Assembly (NCBI GenBank): GCA_051294905.1
Contig: CM119386.1
Location: 11,935,001 to 11,968,000, forward strand
Direction: 5' to 3'
From: Botryllus schlosseri
Lineage: Eukaryota
Length of the DNA stretch: 33,000 bases
Shown here: positions 22,050 through 33,000 of the stretch, one piece after another
How the letters are laid out: the number at the start of each line of letters is the position of its first letter
How positions within the stretch are numbered: position 1 is the stretch's first letter
Made by a program: the position numbers and the translations under genes
Notes under the pieces: generated by a model
Databases searched by the model: none
The model's input: only the letters and a program-made list of their open reading frames with translations
What the model was told of the DNA's origin: nothing

Positions 22050-22590
22050 TTAGATTAGTTTATATCATCTCACATTGAGTACTAACATTTGCGTTGTAGT
22101 GCACTGATAAGGCAATAGTTAGTTTTATCCTAAAAACTATAATTTAGAGACTATTTTTCCCGACAGATTACGTCAATTAGCATCCCCCTCATTTAAGCTC
22201 CGAAAAGATTCAAATGACACTTATCTCTTCCCCGATGATTGGTGGGCCCAAATCTAACACGCTTTTCGACTATTTTAATATGAGATACTGTGCCTTGCTA
22301 TCATTTTCGGAAATTTCAATTCATGGGTGTTTTAATAAGTATGTTAAAAATTGAGTGATAGCTAGACAGAGAAAGTATCGTAATGACCTAGATTCGTTTC
22401 GCTACATATGTTACGAGAACACGTTGAACATGAAGCGATTCAATATGTGAAATGTCACCAAGTACACTTATAAGGAGTAGGCCTACTTTGGTATGACGTC
22501 AAGAGATCAAAATAAACGCCGGGCACCGCAAACGGTTCGCCAGCATTGGGCTGAAACTTCGCGCTTATGGACTCAAGGTAAAGTCTAAAT
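22050..22590 (+). mobile_element. Chapaev3-like (CMC) transposon fragment, copy 2
   Basis: Clearly homologous to the reverse complement of ~30910-31430. Encodes a decayed NDLDSFRYICYENTL..YKE..YFGMTSRDQNKRRAP..RLWTQGK. Confidence 0.72.
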
Positions 22591-23239
22591 CAGTAGTTCT
22601 TAACCTTGTCTCCAGCGCCCCCTCAAGGGACGCTGGTGATTTTGAAGGGGGCGGAAACGCTCATGGGCGATATGGGGGGGGCTGGGCTCGGGGGCAGATA
22701 TGGAAGGGCGCTGAAGAAAAATGGAGTCGCAGTAGCTAATGTAGTATGGTAGGACATATCCTCAATGAGTATTCAGAGCAAATTAACATTCCACAAAACA
22801 TTTCAAATCTCGAAATTTTTCGAAATTTTTTGACTGCATTTTCCATGACAACAGCTCACTCAGCGCTACTGGTAAATCTGATTACGTGGGCTGAGAAGAT
22901 AAAATGCAATTACAATGAAATATAAGCAATTACCACCTATTCATTCATGCATTATAGAAAATTGTGGCGCCTAGGGCGACCATAGGCCACGCAAACTTTG
23001 CTGACTATCGAAATCACGCGACGGAGTTGTTAGGGGCGAAGCCCCATGAAGTTTGGTTTATCACGCTATGGGTGCCCAAGACAATCGTTTTTTAGGGGGA
23101 CTGGTGAATTGCTGTTACGGCTCTCCCTCTTATCCATTGTCTTTATTACAGTCCTTACAATATGGGATGGGGGGGGGGGCGCCAGAGCACGATAATTTGT
23201 GAAAGGGGGCGCTGGAGGAAAAAAGGTTAAGAACCACTG
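22591..23239. mobile_element. hAT-type MITE family B
   Basis: TIR cagtagttcttaacct / aggttaagaaccactg with subterminal ccagcgccccc / gggggcgctgg; partly matching flanks gtctaaat / ctctaatc. Confidence 0.85.
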
Positions 23240-23619
23240 CTCTAATCGGTTTTCTAGGCAGCTGGAAATATCTTGAGTTGTTCTACTTTCGCATTTTGGA
23301 ACACCCAGATTGATTTGTGTCAGGCAAATTCAAATTATACGATATATACAGTCTACATCCAAAGCGAAATTAAAAATTATTTAATAATTATTTATTTTGA
23401 CTGTAACCAAGAAAACGATATAATTTATTCAAACTGGGCAATCACAATTTAATAAATACTATTATAAATCTTCGCAATTGGAATCGGGTCAGTTAAATTC
23501 AAATCAGTCGATAGATATCTACAAAAGAAAGCCAATCCTTCATACGGTGAGAACATGGAAAACTTTTGTGCGGGAGGTTTTAGTTTAAACAGTCTCAACT
23601 TTTGTGAATTTTCAAATCA

Positions 23620-24010
23620 GGACACAACATTTTATCATTCGTGACCACAGGACACAAAAAATATTGAGTTTTTTTCAAGTCATAACTCCAATGCACAGTG
23701 CCCAATAACGTGATCTTTTGGATCATGTCGAATGGAACGTATCCCGGAATCTGTTGGATATGATTCATGAGGTTTTTTTGTTAACGACTCTGCAGCCCCA
23801 ATGACTATCCATCGGTACACTGTTTATTTTGCATCGCCACATTTTCTCACATTCCATTTTGAGGTCTGCGTATTTCGATTGTTTTTTCTGATTCCTTTTG
23901 TAGTATGTTTTGATGAGCTGGGACGACCAGTTCAATGAATAAGCATTCTCTATTCTCGTTCAGTTAGACTTCGTCTATCGTGCATTGTTAGTCTATCGAT
24001 ATTGCAAACT
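23620..24010 (-). mobile_element. 3' fragment of a non-LTR retrotransposon with a restriction-like endonuclease (R4/Dong/NeSL-like)
   Basis: Frameshifted C-terminus: RECLFIELVVPAHQNILQKESEK / SKYADLKMECEKMWRCK / IVIGA / QIPGYVPFDMIQKITLLGTVH. This is the typical RLE tail pattern (EK..KY.DL..E..MW..P.VIG..QK..LLGT). Confidence 0.8.
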
Positions 24011-24031
24011 GTATTTATCCGTAGAAAATAG

Positions 24032-25383
24032 CAGTGTTGGGATCAAGTCACTACCTTCGAGTCACGAGTCATTTCGAGTCATTGCAGATTTTGACTCGAG
24101 TCAAGTCAAGTCACTTGATTTTCAAAGGTGACTCGAGTCAAGTCAAGTCAGCCGATTTTCGGAAGTGACTCGAGTCAAGTCGAGTCAAGTCAAGTCAAGT
24201 CACGAGTCAAGTCACTAGTCGAGTCAAGTTGAATTCTCGACGTACGATACATGATTCAAGGTCATTGCATTTTGCTAACTGTGTTAAAAAAAGATGGAGT
24301 CCACATTTATTCTGAATCGAGGAACGAATAAAGAGTTGATTATACAGCACGCAAGAAGACCATCTATCGCTTATGCATACGTAGAACGGTCAAACTACGC
24401 AATTATAGCGGTATAGCCTCAGTCTATATATAACAGGGGTGGGAAAACTGCAACTCGCAAGCCGCATGCTGCTCTTTGAATCTTGGATTGCGGCTCTTCA
24501 GTGAGTGTGCTTGTGCAATGTGCATTCGGTAATAATGAACGTAAGCCACTGTGCCTTTTCCGTCAAGATTCGCCCAATAATCACAAAGCTACAGTTGAAA
24601 CGTCAATACGAATCCAAACACTAAAACCTTAGGTGCCACGAGTTATATGAAAAAGACATATTTACTAAGTATTAAGATTACCGAGCTCCGCACAGTTTGA
24701 CGTCATATCAGTCCGATTTCCAACACCCTGCAGCCTAGGTGGAGACGCATCGTCTTATACCACACAATAAGAAACTTCATTCGATACCCTACATTTCCTT
24801 GTGACGGAATAAATTGGTATATATAAATTTTTGTGTTGCGACTCTTTTGAGGCAACAATTTCTGATATGCGGCTCGCGCGTGAAGAAGCTATAATATAGG
24901 ATAGCATATGAAGCATCACAAAGTTCCATAACATGATATGGAGCAATACCCTTCCCACATAGGCCTATATCAATGATATACAACTATAAACATCGGACAA
25001 TATTCGTTCGATTTAAAGCACGCAAGAGGGTTGGTTGAGGTGAGCAAGTTTACGACAACGTAAGCTATATGCACCGATCACTGCGTTAACGTTCATTAGT
25101 GATGTAACAATGGAGGCTCGGTAAAATTCACAATCATTGAGTGATCGGTTAATAATCCGAACTTATACAAGATACGGCGATTTAGTCGTCATCGATTACT
25201 TGATGACTTGAAATTGACTCGTAAATTTTACTTCGAGTCACGAGTCAATCTGCATTTTTGAAGCGTCGAGTCAAGTCAAGTCAAGTCATTTTTGCAAAGT
25301 GACTCGAGTCAAGTCAAGTCATACGAAAAAGTTGACTCGAGTCTGGCTCGAGTCAAGTCATGACTCGAGTCATCCCAACACTG
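24032..25383. mobile_element. hAT-like non-autonomous element with GACTCGAGTC/GAGTCAAGTC subterminal arrays
   Basis: TIR cagtgttgggat / atcccaacactg; perfect 8-bp TSD gaaaatag. Confidence 0.93.
24434..24730. mobile_element. Nested MITE inside the 24032-25383 element
   Basis: Ends caggggtgggaaa / tttccaacaccctg, with gccgcatg..gcggctct subterminal motifs. No TSD. Confidence 0.5.
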
Positions 25384-25696
25384 GAAAATAGCGGTTACTT
25401 TGTGAATCTGCTGCATTATTGGGTCACACATTTAATCACAATAACCATACGAATACCAGCCATGTGAGAAATTACCAGTTCGAAAGAATACTGGACGTTC
25501 CGAATGTAACTAAATTGTGTAACTAAACACATGAAAGTGATGTAAACATATCCTGAGATACTTTCAACTCGACATCAATCCAATACGAACACTTGAACAG
25601 TACACAGTTTGACTTCAAAAACTTTTGAAATAACAGATGGAATAGTCTGAACATATTACCACGTTTTTAAGAAGTACAAGTATACAAATATAAGTT

Positions 25697-25987
25697 TACA
25701 ATTGAATAGTATATTCATATTGAAATGAAACCCGAATATTTTCGGCTGACACTCGTCAGGGGTAATCGTCAGCAACTAGTAGAGAATAAGAAAGAACATT
25801 GTACATCAACAATCGTATCACAAAATATGACGTCACCAGCATGAAACTTGACGTTATATTTTGTGATACGATTGTTGATATACAATGTTCTTTCTTATTC
25901 TCTACTAGTTGCTGACGATTACCCCTGACGAGTGTCAGCCGAAAATTTTCGGGTTTCACTTCAATATCAATATACTATTCAATTGTA
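25697..25987. repeat. 291-bp near-perfect foldback (~140-bp arms, ~13-nt loop), probably a TA-flanked MITE
   Basis: The left arm tacaattgaatagtatattc..caaaatatgacgtca is the reverse complement of the right arm tgacgttatattttg..atactattcaattgta, with only scattered mismatches. Confidence 0.93.
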
Positions 25988-28900
25988 TACTGAAGTTCTG
26001 TACCTCCAAGAAGCTCTTCAAATATAAGTTTGAGTAGAAGTAGGCCTACTTCGTTACTGATCATCAGTGCTCTCCTCCGAATTTATGTGACCCGCGGCGA
26101 CATGTAAATATACTACTATCTATAATCGATAAAAATGTGGAATATTGTAACCAATAATATACCAAAAGCTCAAACTTATAAGACTTTGTATACTTCGTCT
26201 GAGGATACATAGGCCCCATAATGATACTGAATGTACAGTAGAAGCCTTTGCCTATACCCGTGATCGGCAACCTTCATATTGCGTACAAATAGCCATTTGA
26301 ACCTGTTCCCAGACTTGGACAACCAGATCATTCTAGTTGTCTAATTTCACTAAATTAGAGCGAAATGCCAGTAATCTAATTTTATTCTAATTTGTGAAAT
26401 GTGCCATGCTCTAATTTTAATTCTAATTAAATTTATTGTGTTTTTTTTTGGAAAATGCCTCTTTGTCCGAGGCATTTTGCAGCGAGTTAACAAGAATATC
26501 CCTCTCGCGCAGGGGAATCCAGTCTGAATAACTATCTCGTCCTAAAGATTGATAGATGTTGTGGGGACGTCATGTGCCGTTTTCTAAGCGTCTCGGTCTT
26601 GGCAGTGTCTGGGCCATTGTATGTCAAGGCAATATGCTTATTTATATCAGCTGACTCTCCATCGATAGAATGCTGTTGTTATCGCCGAAGCCGTTTCAGC
26701 TAGCGTGGAATAGTGTCGTTGGGCACAGGCGAATGGCTTATTTTGAAACAACAACAATAGTAATATGGAGCTGAAATCAATTTCGGCATTTCAAAATGCT
26801 TTATTTCGCGTTCTTCCAAAATCACAAGTCAGATCGCCGGGCGCGATTGCCGTGACCTCTGGTATAGTACAAAACGAGCCAAGCTTGGTGTGCAGACGTT
26901 ATTCATTCTCATGGTTATGGGAATGCACTGCCATGTGATATAAACTGATTTTAGCAGTATTTATTTCCCATTCACAAATTTATTCAATTCCGAAGGTTTT
27001 GCGAATTCAGCAATTCTAATTCTGAAAAATCTGTGTAGCTCTAATTATAATCATAATCTAATTGGGTATAAGGTGTGTAGCTATTTTGTAATTTACATTG
27101 TTATTTTTTTATTCTAATTTTATTCTAACTAGGTTACATTTTATTCTAACAGCGTATATGAAATGTTTTAGTAGGTCCGTCTGTACAGAAACCACGAGTA
27201 TGTGAGAAATGTAAAACATAATTGGATCGGCAGAACGAAACTGTGCCACATAAATCTATTCTCTTCCACATATCGAACACAAAAATACCCCATTTATTCG
27301 TATTTTCATAGAAATCTCCCACTATATTGTAATTTGTGGCAATAAGCTTCCCATACCGATCAATGTGCTTGAAGTGAACAACAAATAGCAGTAATTCGGA
27401 AAAAACAAACCAACTATGCCTGAACCTACAAAAAGACGACAATTTGTAAACAAAGACGAAATAAACAACCAAGCAATATTTTTGTTTATCAATGAGTATT
27501 CAAATCTTCTCGTATAAATAAATCAATATCAGGATGTGATTTAGTGACGTTCTTAGATGCAACTCCTGTTATTACCTCTAAGTACCTTGAAGTCATCTGC
27601 AGGAAAGTCCTCTTGTACGATTTTGATGGGGACAGATTCGCAATGTGAGCATCCCAACTATCTTGAAATTTCTCTTCTATTTATATGACATATAGGAGAA
27701 ACCTTCCACCTCGTTCCTCACTCATATATTCCGGGTTTTTTGGGAAGCGATGATACTGAACTTTTATGCTCGTGCTTATGCTTGATCCAAGAACGTTCGT
27801 GAACATCACCTTCACCGAGTCAACAAAATGGGCGTATTTTGCGCATTTGATGTCAAAATGATGCTTCAAAAGATACACTTTTCGCACTTCAGCTGCAGAC
27901 TCATTAACCCTTTAGTTGCCGTTCATTAACCCTCTCGCTGCTGCAGCTTACAACCGCCAGTAATCCTATCGCTACCTGAATCATTGATGCTTTCTGGCAG
28001 ATATAGTAACCTTATGTTGCAAGACATCACAATTTGACAATATATTTTCATTATCGTGTTAGTTATAATAAAATCCACCACCAGCATACATTCAAATTAC
28101 TGGTCAAATACAGACAGACAGTCATATAAAATGCATAAAACGACACATTGATTTCAGTCGAGATACAGAGAGATGTTCTTCCGGGACAAGTTTGATACAA
28201 CTATTCCTGTTTTTTAATTGAAATGCAGACAAAATCTGGTTTATCAAAGAAGTATATGCCTTGGCGGGAAGAATAGGATCAAGGCAACGCGAAGCTACCA
28301 TCAGCAGCCAGCTCACTGTGTGGGACGCTAACTTCATCCAGAGCCCAATTGTGAATGATAAAACCCACGTTTAGGCAGGCGTGGTCTCTGATATCTGGGT
28401 AATTCCACTGGCCTCATATTCATCGATGTACAGAAAGCGAGATATCATTAGTAGTGATAATCGGCTGATCAAGGACATTGTCGCTGCAGGTTGAACCAAT
28501 AACGATATGTTATGAACTGTTGCCTTCGCCAACGCTGCATTCCTTTCAATTCACCATCAGACGTATACGGATGATTGGGCATATCGCAGTCACTTCATGG
28601 CTTCAGTCTCAATCGTAAAATAAAGGTTAAATATAGCAATAAAATAACTCGTAAATTAACTGAAACGAGTATCACAAATTTTAATCAGAAATTATTACAA
28701 GATATAGTATTTGGCTGAACAGTTGAAATGGCAACCATTGTAACGATTGTAAATTCAGTCACAGATAATGCAGACAGAGAAAATAGATGGTTGAGCATAT
28801 CCCATGTTTCGTTAATATACCTAGCCTACATTAATGAATGAACTAACAAATGATGTCAAAGCCATAACCACAACACGTAAAGATTCGGCGCGCGGTAACG

Positions 28901-29494
28901 ACACTCTTCAGCGGTTTAGCATTAAAATATGTATCAACAAGCCGGTAGTACACATAACGGTTAGAGCACTTGACAAGTCTCACGCTGTTCACTGCCGCCA
29001 ACCCGACACTTCAGGCCACGGAAAAGTCAAAGTCAACATTTTTATCAAGTCCTATTTTACAAGTCTAACGCATACAAGCAATTAATATGACTGATCTGCT
29101 ATTCGAAATACCATTTGACTATTAATACACACAAGCATGTAGAAAATCTCAAAAATAACCCGAACTATCTCTTGCTGCACTTATCTCAACGAAGAACTTC
29201 ATTCATATTCCCTTCCATCGCTACAGTCTCGGAAATACAATTCGCCGATACGGACGATAATTCAAACTTCAAGTGTGCAGCGGTAAACAACATCCCATGA
29301 CTTATGACATCACAATCACTCCACGCTCAAGTGCTCACGAACCTGGCAAAGCCAGGCAGAAGACACGTCACGGTGAAGCCGCGAGATAATCAAGCGCAAT
29401 TTGATTGGTTAATTACGCTGACACCAATCTCGCTGGTCGACCGATGGAAAGGAGAACAATCGATCTTCTGAATACGAGAGCGATCAGTTTTTGT

Positions 29495-30079
29495 CAGGGT
29501 TGTAACCAAGTCACAAGGCTCCGAGTCACAAGTCAATCTCACTTTTATAGTTTTGACTCGAGTCAAGTCGAGTCATTTCAATTCACGACCGAGTCAAGTC
29601 CGAGTCCAAGTCAGCGAGCAAAGGGTCGAGTCCGAGTCATGGAATTATGACTCGAGTCCGAGTCCAAGTCATTGTGTAGACTGCTCAGTTTCCAGTTAAA
29701 GTCTTGGTAAACCCACTTTTTATAACTCTGTTTGATGATATCGAATGTTTCGCATTTATAATATACCAATTTTCCTCACTTTTAGCAGTTTCTGGTCGCA
29801 TATTCAAGTACCAGTACCAACAGACGAGATCCCAATAGTGTGTTGGCTTCGGAATTACAATGAAATGTCGGTCTTGGCAGTCTGAGTCTCGAGTCAATGA
29901 CTTGGTTCGAGTCATGCGCAATGACTCGAGTCCAAGTCGAGTCAATACACAGACTGACTCGAGTCGAGTCGAGTCATTTCCGTATTTTGAAAAAGTGACT
30001 CGAGTCAAGTCGAGTCATCAGAAAATCGTGACTCGAGTCGGACTCGAGTCGAGTCATGACTCGAGTCATTACAACCCTG
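29495..30079. mobile_element. Second GACTCGAGTC-array hAT-like element
   Basis: TIR cagggttgtaa / ttacaaccctg; TSD gtttttgt / ggttttgt. Confidence 0.9.
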
Positions 30080-30247
30080 GGTTTTGTACATCAAAGGCGC
30101 CGCCTCAAGTGTAAAAACGGTTGCGTTCACTTCTCTCCTGCACTATCTTCGCCTGGTTCAGCATGGAATATATACACTTTTGTTGACTGGGCACGTTATC
30201 CCCATAGTTTTAATTTTGTCGTCTCAACACAAGTCAAGACCTTCATT

Positions 30248-31636
30248 GTTTAGCTCAGTGGTTCCCAACCTGGGGGGCGTGAAAGCTCTGAAGGGGGCGC
30301 GAAGAAGCGGTCAACTGAAAAGAATTTTCGCGCTTTGCGCGATTTACCCCCAATTCACGCGTGTTTCTGTATATATACACCTAATTTAATATTTTTTAAT
30401 TCTCTCATCAACAGTTATAACTTTCCATGCCATCAAACAATCTGTTGGGGTTGCTGGCATCCCGGTTGGATTTTGAGATATGACAATAAAGGGGGGGGCG
30501 CGAAATTTTTCACTATCATAAAGGGGGGCGTGTCTAAGAAAAGGTTGGGAACCACTGGTTTAGCTGATCTCGAGTAAAAGGCGTTGGTTCACTCTGTATA
30601 CGTAATAATGTTGAGGAGTCGGTGTTAATGAATTTTCTACAGCAGATACTATTGCCATCAACGTCTTCCACTACATCCAATATAGTAGCATTATTCGAAA
30701 TCAGATCTGGCAGAGACATAATGCTGCAACTGGAATTTCAGGGGAGTGAGTAATTGGCTGTAGAGCAGAGTCAATGTTGAGGAAGTGCCATGACTTCTTG
30801 TTTTAGTTCCAACCTTCCATCTCATTCATGTAAAAATTCCAATCATCGTTGTGGCTCTTTGGCTCGCACAAAACTGCGGGGATTACCAATTGAATCATTT
30901 GGACTTTACATTGAGTCAATGAGCGCGAAGTTTTAGCCTAATGCTGGAAGACCGGTGGCGGTACCCGGCGTTTATCTTGATTTCACAACGTCATACCAAA
31001 GTACTCCTTGTAAGTGCAGTTGGTGATATTTCACATATTGAATCGCTTTATGTTCAACGTGTTGTAACATATGTAGCAAAACAAATCTAGGTCATTAATA
31101 CATTATCTCTGTCTAGCTACCACTCAATTTTAAACATACTTATCAAAACACCCATGAATTGAAATTTCTTAAAATAACAGCAAGGGACAGTATCTACTAT
31201 TAGAAAGCGTCGGAAAGCGTCTTAAATTTGATCCCACTAATCATCAGTGATGAGATAAGTGTCATTTGACTCTTTCTGTAGCTTAAATTAGGGGGGTGTT
31301 AATTGACGCAATCTGTCGGAAAAAAGTATCCAAATGATTATTTTCGAGATAAAACTAACTATCGCTTTATCAGTGCACTACAACGCACATGTCAGTACTA
31401 CAAGTGAGATGATAAAAACTAATCTAAGCCCATATTCACATCCTGAAGCGCGAGTTAACCTATATTACCCACAAACACACTACTTTTATGGCATATGTAG
31501 GAAGAGGCAATATCTTAAAAAATATAGCCAATTCGGCAAAAGTATTGCAATTTTCGGACTCAGCGCCCCTGATATACCCCTGAATCAATCTCACATATCC
31601 TGAGTTTTGAAAAAATTCCTTTTTTGTTGCCCTGTG
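30248..31636 (-). mobile_element. Chapaev3-like (CMC) transposon 5' remnant with a decayed transposase N-terminus
   Basis: Terminus CACAGGGCAACAAAAAA at 31636 is flanked by TAA/TTA. Broken ORF: NDLDLFCYIC..YKEYFGMTL*NQDKRRVP..PAVLCEPKSHNDD..SALQPITHSPEIPV..SLPDL..EPTPFTRDQLN. The superfamily call is from recalled motifs, not a search. Confidence 0.72.
30256..30557. mobile_element. hAT-type MITE family A, copy 3 (inserted in the Chapaev-like remnant)
   Basis: Same TIR; perfect TSD gtttagct. Confidence 0.92.
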
Positions 31637-32519
31637 TTATAATATAATTCTAATCTAATTTGGAAAAAGTTGTGTGGTTCTAATTCTAATTCTAATCTAA
31701 TTTGAAATAAACTGTGTTGCTCTAATTCTAATTCTAATCTAATTCGGAAAAGCTGAAAATTTTCTAGTAGTCCAAGTCTGCCTGTTCCCGATCACATAAA
31801 CCATCAGAGTGCCGCACGCTCTGTTTCACTCCTAACTGACGATCACCACACAGCTTCATTTTACTCATACCAAAGTAAATACGAAAACACAGACTATAAC
31901 AGTGATCCTCAACACGTAGCGACCCGACATCTTCTCTGTGGTTACTGAGGCAACCCAGGTTTAATGACAAAACAACTTTCAACTTTCAAACTACTTCCGC
32001 GATCACAGACCACAGCTTACAGTTTGGCCAATGTTGTCTCATCGAAAATCAAAGATATGTAACTCCTAGCAAAAGTGTCGCCTTTGCACTATCAGTATAT
32101 CAGCATCTTCCAGGGGTGTCTCGAGAGCGCAGAAGATAGTCTGGGGCTGCCTACAATTTCATAGAAATGATGCAATCTCTGCGATTGGTTAACCGTCAAC
32201 TATGACGGCATCGTGTCTCTCACCCAGTGTGAAAATCATCAGCTGGTCACGGACTGCAAGCAAAGTGGCTCATAATAAAGGATAAGGGGCATCGAGAACC
32301 GCATTGGTGTGACCTCCTATATTATTAAACGACGAAATTCGGTGACCCAATCGCTCCCATCTTTTGGGTGCCGTAAGGATTATTAAAGAATTCTGAATAT
32401 TTAAGACTCCAAGTCCTATTTCTCTTGGTTAAGAACATGGTGCGAACCCATCTTCCAACGCGTCACGATTCACGGGTTAAAACCAGTACCTTCTTCCACT
32501 GATGACCACACGGTTGGAT

Positions 32520-32799
32520 GCTGAAAGACGTGTACACGATTAAAGTCAGCGGTTATAAATCTGCATTGCATTTAACTTACTGCCATTTACGTAGCGGTCC
32601 CGCTGGTTACCACGTTCCCAGTAATAAAATTAAAGCGATTGCACGGCATTCGAAGCGACAGGGTGAGGCTACATAAAATTCATCAAGAAACCATTTGCCG
32701 TTTCGCGGAACACGTTACATCCATCCCACCAACCATTCAACGCATCCATTCCTATTATCACACACCACCCGGTTCACACAGAAGTGCAAGAGATCTTAC
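32520..32799 (-). other. Putative spliced 5'UTR paralog: intron 32799-32669 (131 nt), exon 32668-32581, intron 32580-32521 (60 nt, gctgac branch), next exon from 32520
   Basis: The same splice-site strings as the A copy; the first intron is the same length. Confidence 0.55.
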
Positions 32800-32857
32800 C
32801 CTCGCTGACAGTCGAGTTGAGAAACCGGATTGGGCGTGTTCCATTTTATAAGCGGAG
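32800..32857 (-). promoter_or_regulatory. Putative core promoter paralogous to unit A's, probably serving unit B: TATAAAA (32850-32844), start ~32818, 19-nt exon ending in |GTAAGA
   Basis: The geometry is identical to the 9350-9407 module. Confidence 0.6.
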
Positions 32858-32911
32858 ACTCCGTTGTTGGTACGACCTATCGAATGGGAGAGGGTAAGGG
32901 CATGTTCCAAT

Positions 32912-33000
32912 TAGGGTTGCATTTAAAACAAACGGTGTTTTAAAAAAATTTTGCAAACATGTTTTAAACAGTGTTTTAAATTAATGCCTTTAAAAAAATT
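32912..33000. mobile_element. Start of another TAGGG-terminated element with TTTTAAAC arrays (cut by the window edge)
   Basis: tagggttgcatttaaaac followed by repeated gttttaaa motifs; it interrupts the homology with 9445 onward. Confidence 0.45.

Larger units (their letters stand above)
26310..31780. mobile_element. 5,471-bp hAT-like composite element with CTAATT subterminal arrays and nested insertions
   Basis: TIR cagacttggac / gtccaagtctg; perfect 8-bp TSD cctgttcc (26302-26309, 31781-31788); ctaatt arrays at 26340-26430, 27010-27150 and 31640-31745. Confidence 0.88.

Noticed and set aside
27718-27750. LPKKPGIYE, resembling a GIY-YIG nuclease start
   Set aside because: An in-frame stop follows immediately and no YIG/YVG half-motif was found.
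24050-30070. GAGTCAAGTC/GACTCGAGTC arrays as CRISPR-like repeats
   Set aside because: There are no constant-length repeats or unique spacers, the context is eukaryotic, and the arrays are subterminal to TIRs with 8-bp TSDs. ORFs 29405-30114 are by-products of these repeats.
17400-32500. A third integrin cassette
   Set aside because: I searched both strands by eye for DGSG, LTDG, FAIGVG and ACSP equivalents and found none. WIVIGA at ~23790 belongs to the LINE fragment.

Overview
Eukaryotic (animal) DNA that is AT-rich and has spliced genes. It is most likely ascidian/tunicate, inferred from I-domain integrin alpha genes with many short GT-AG introns. All protein-coding content I can support is on the minus strand: two paralogous 9-exon integrin-alpha N-terminal units, A (6739->1652) and B (17351/17312->10274). 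Each encodes a signal peptide, beta-propeller blades 1-2 and a complete alpha-I (VWA/MIDAS) domain. Exon phases match between units, the frames are intact, and both end at the same phase-1 junction (..LE-G|gt). Each unit has a paralogous TATA/initiator/19-nt-exon/spliced-5'UTR module upstream (A ~9400-8875; B ~32850-32520). Less than 0.9 kb separates B's last I-domain exon from A's promoter, so B has no C-terminal exons of its own. This suggests a promoter-choice variable-cassette integrin locus, or a secreted alpha-I protein. The rest of the window is transposon debris: a Gypsy pol remnant, a tRNA-SINE, several hAT-like TIR elements with 8-bp TSDs (including a 5.5-kb nested element), Chapaev3-like remnants, an RLE-type LINE 3' fragment and a 291-bp foldback. 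Exons were reconstructed by hand; no alignments or database searches were run.
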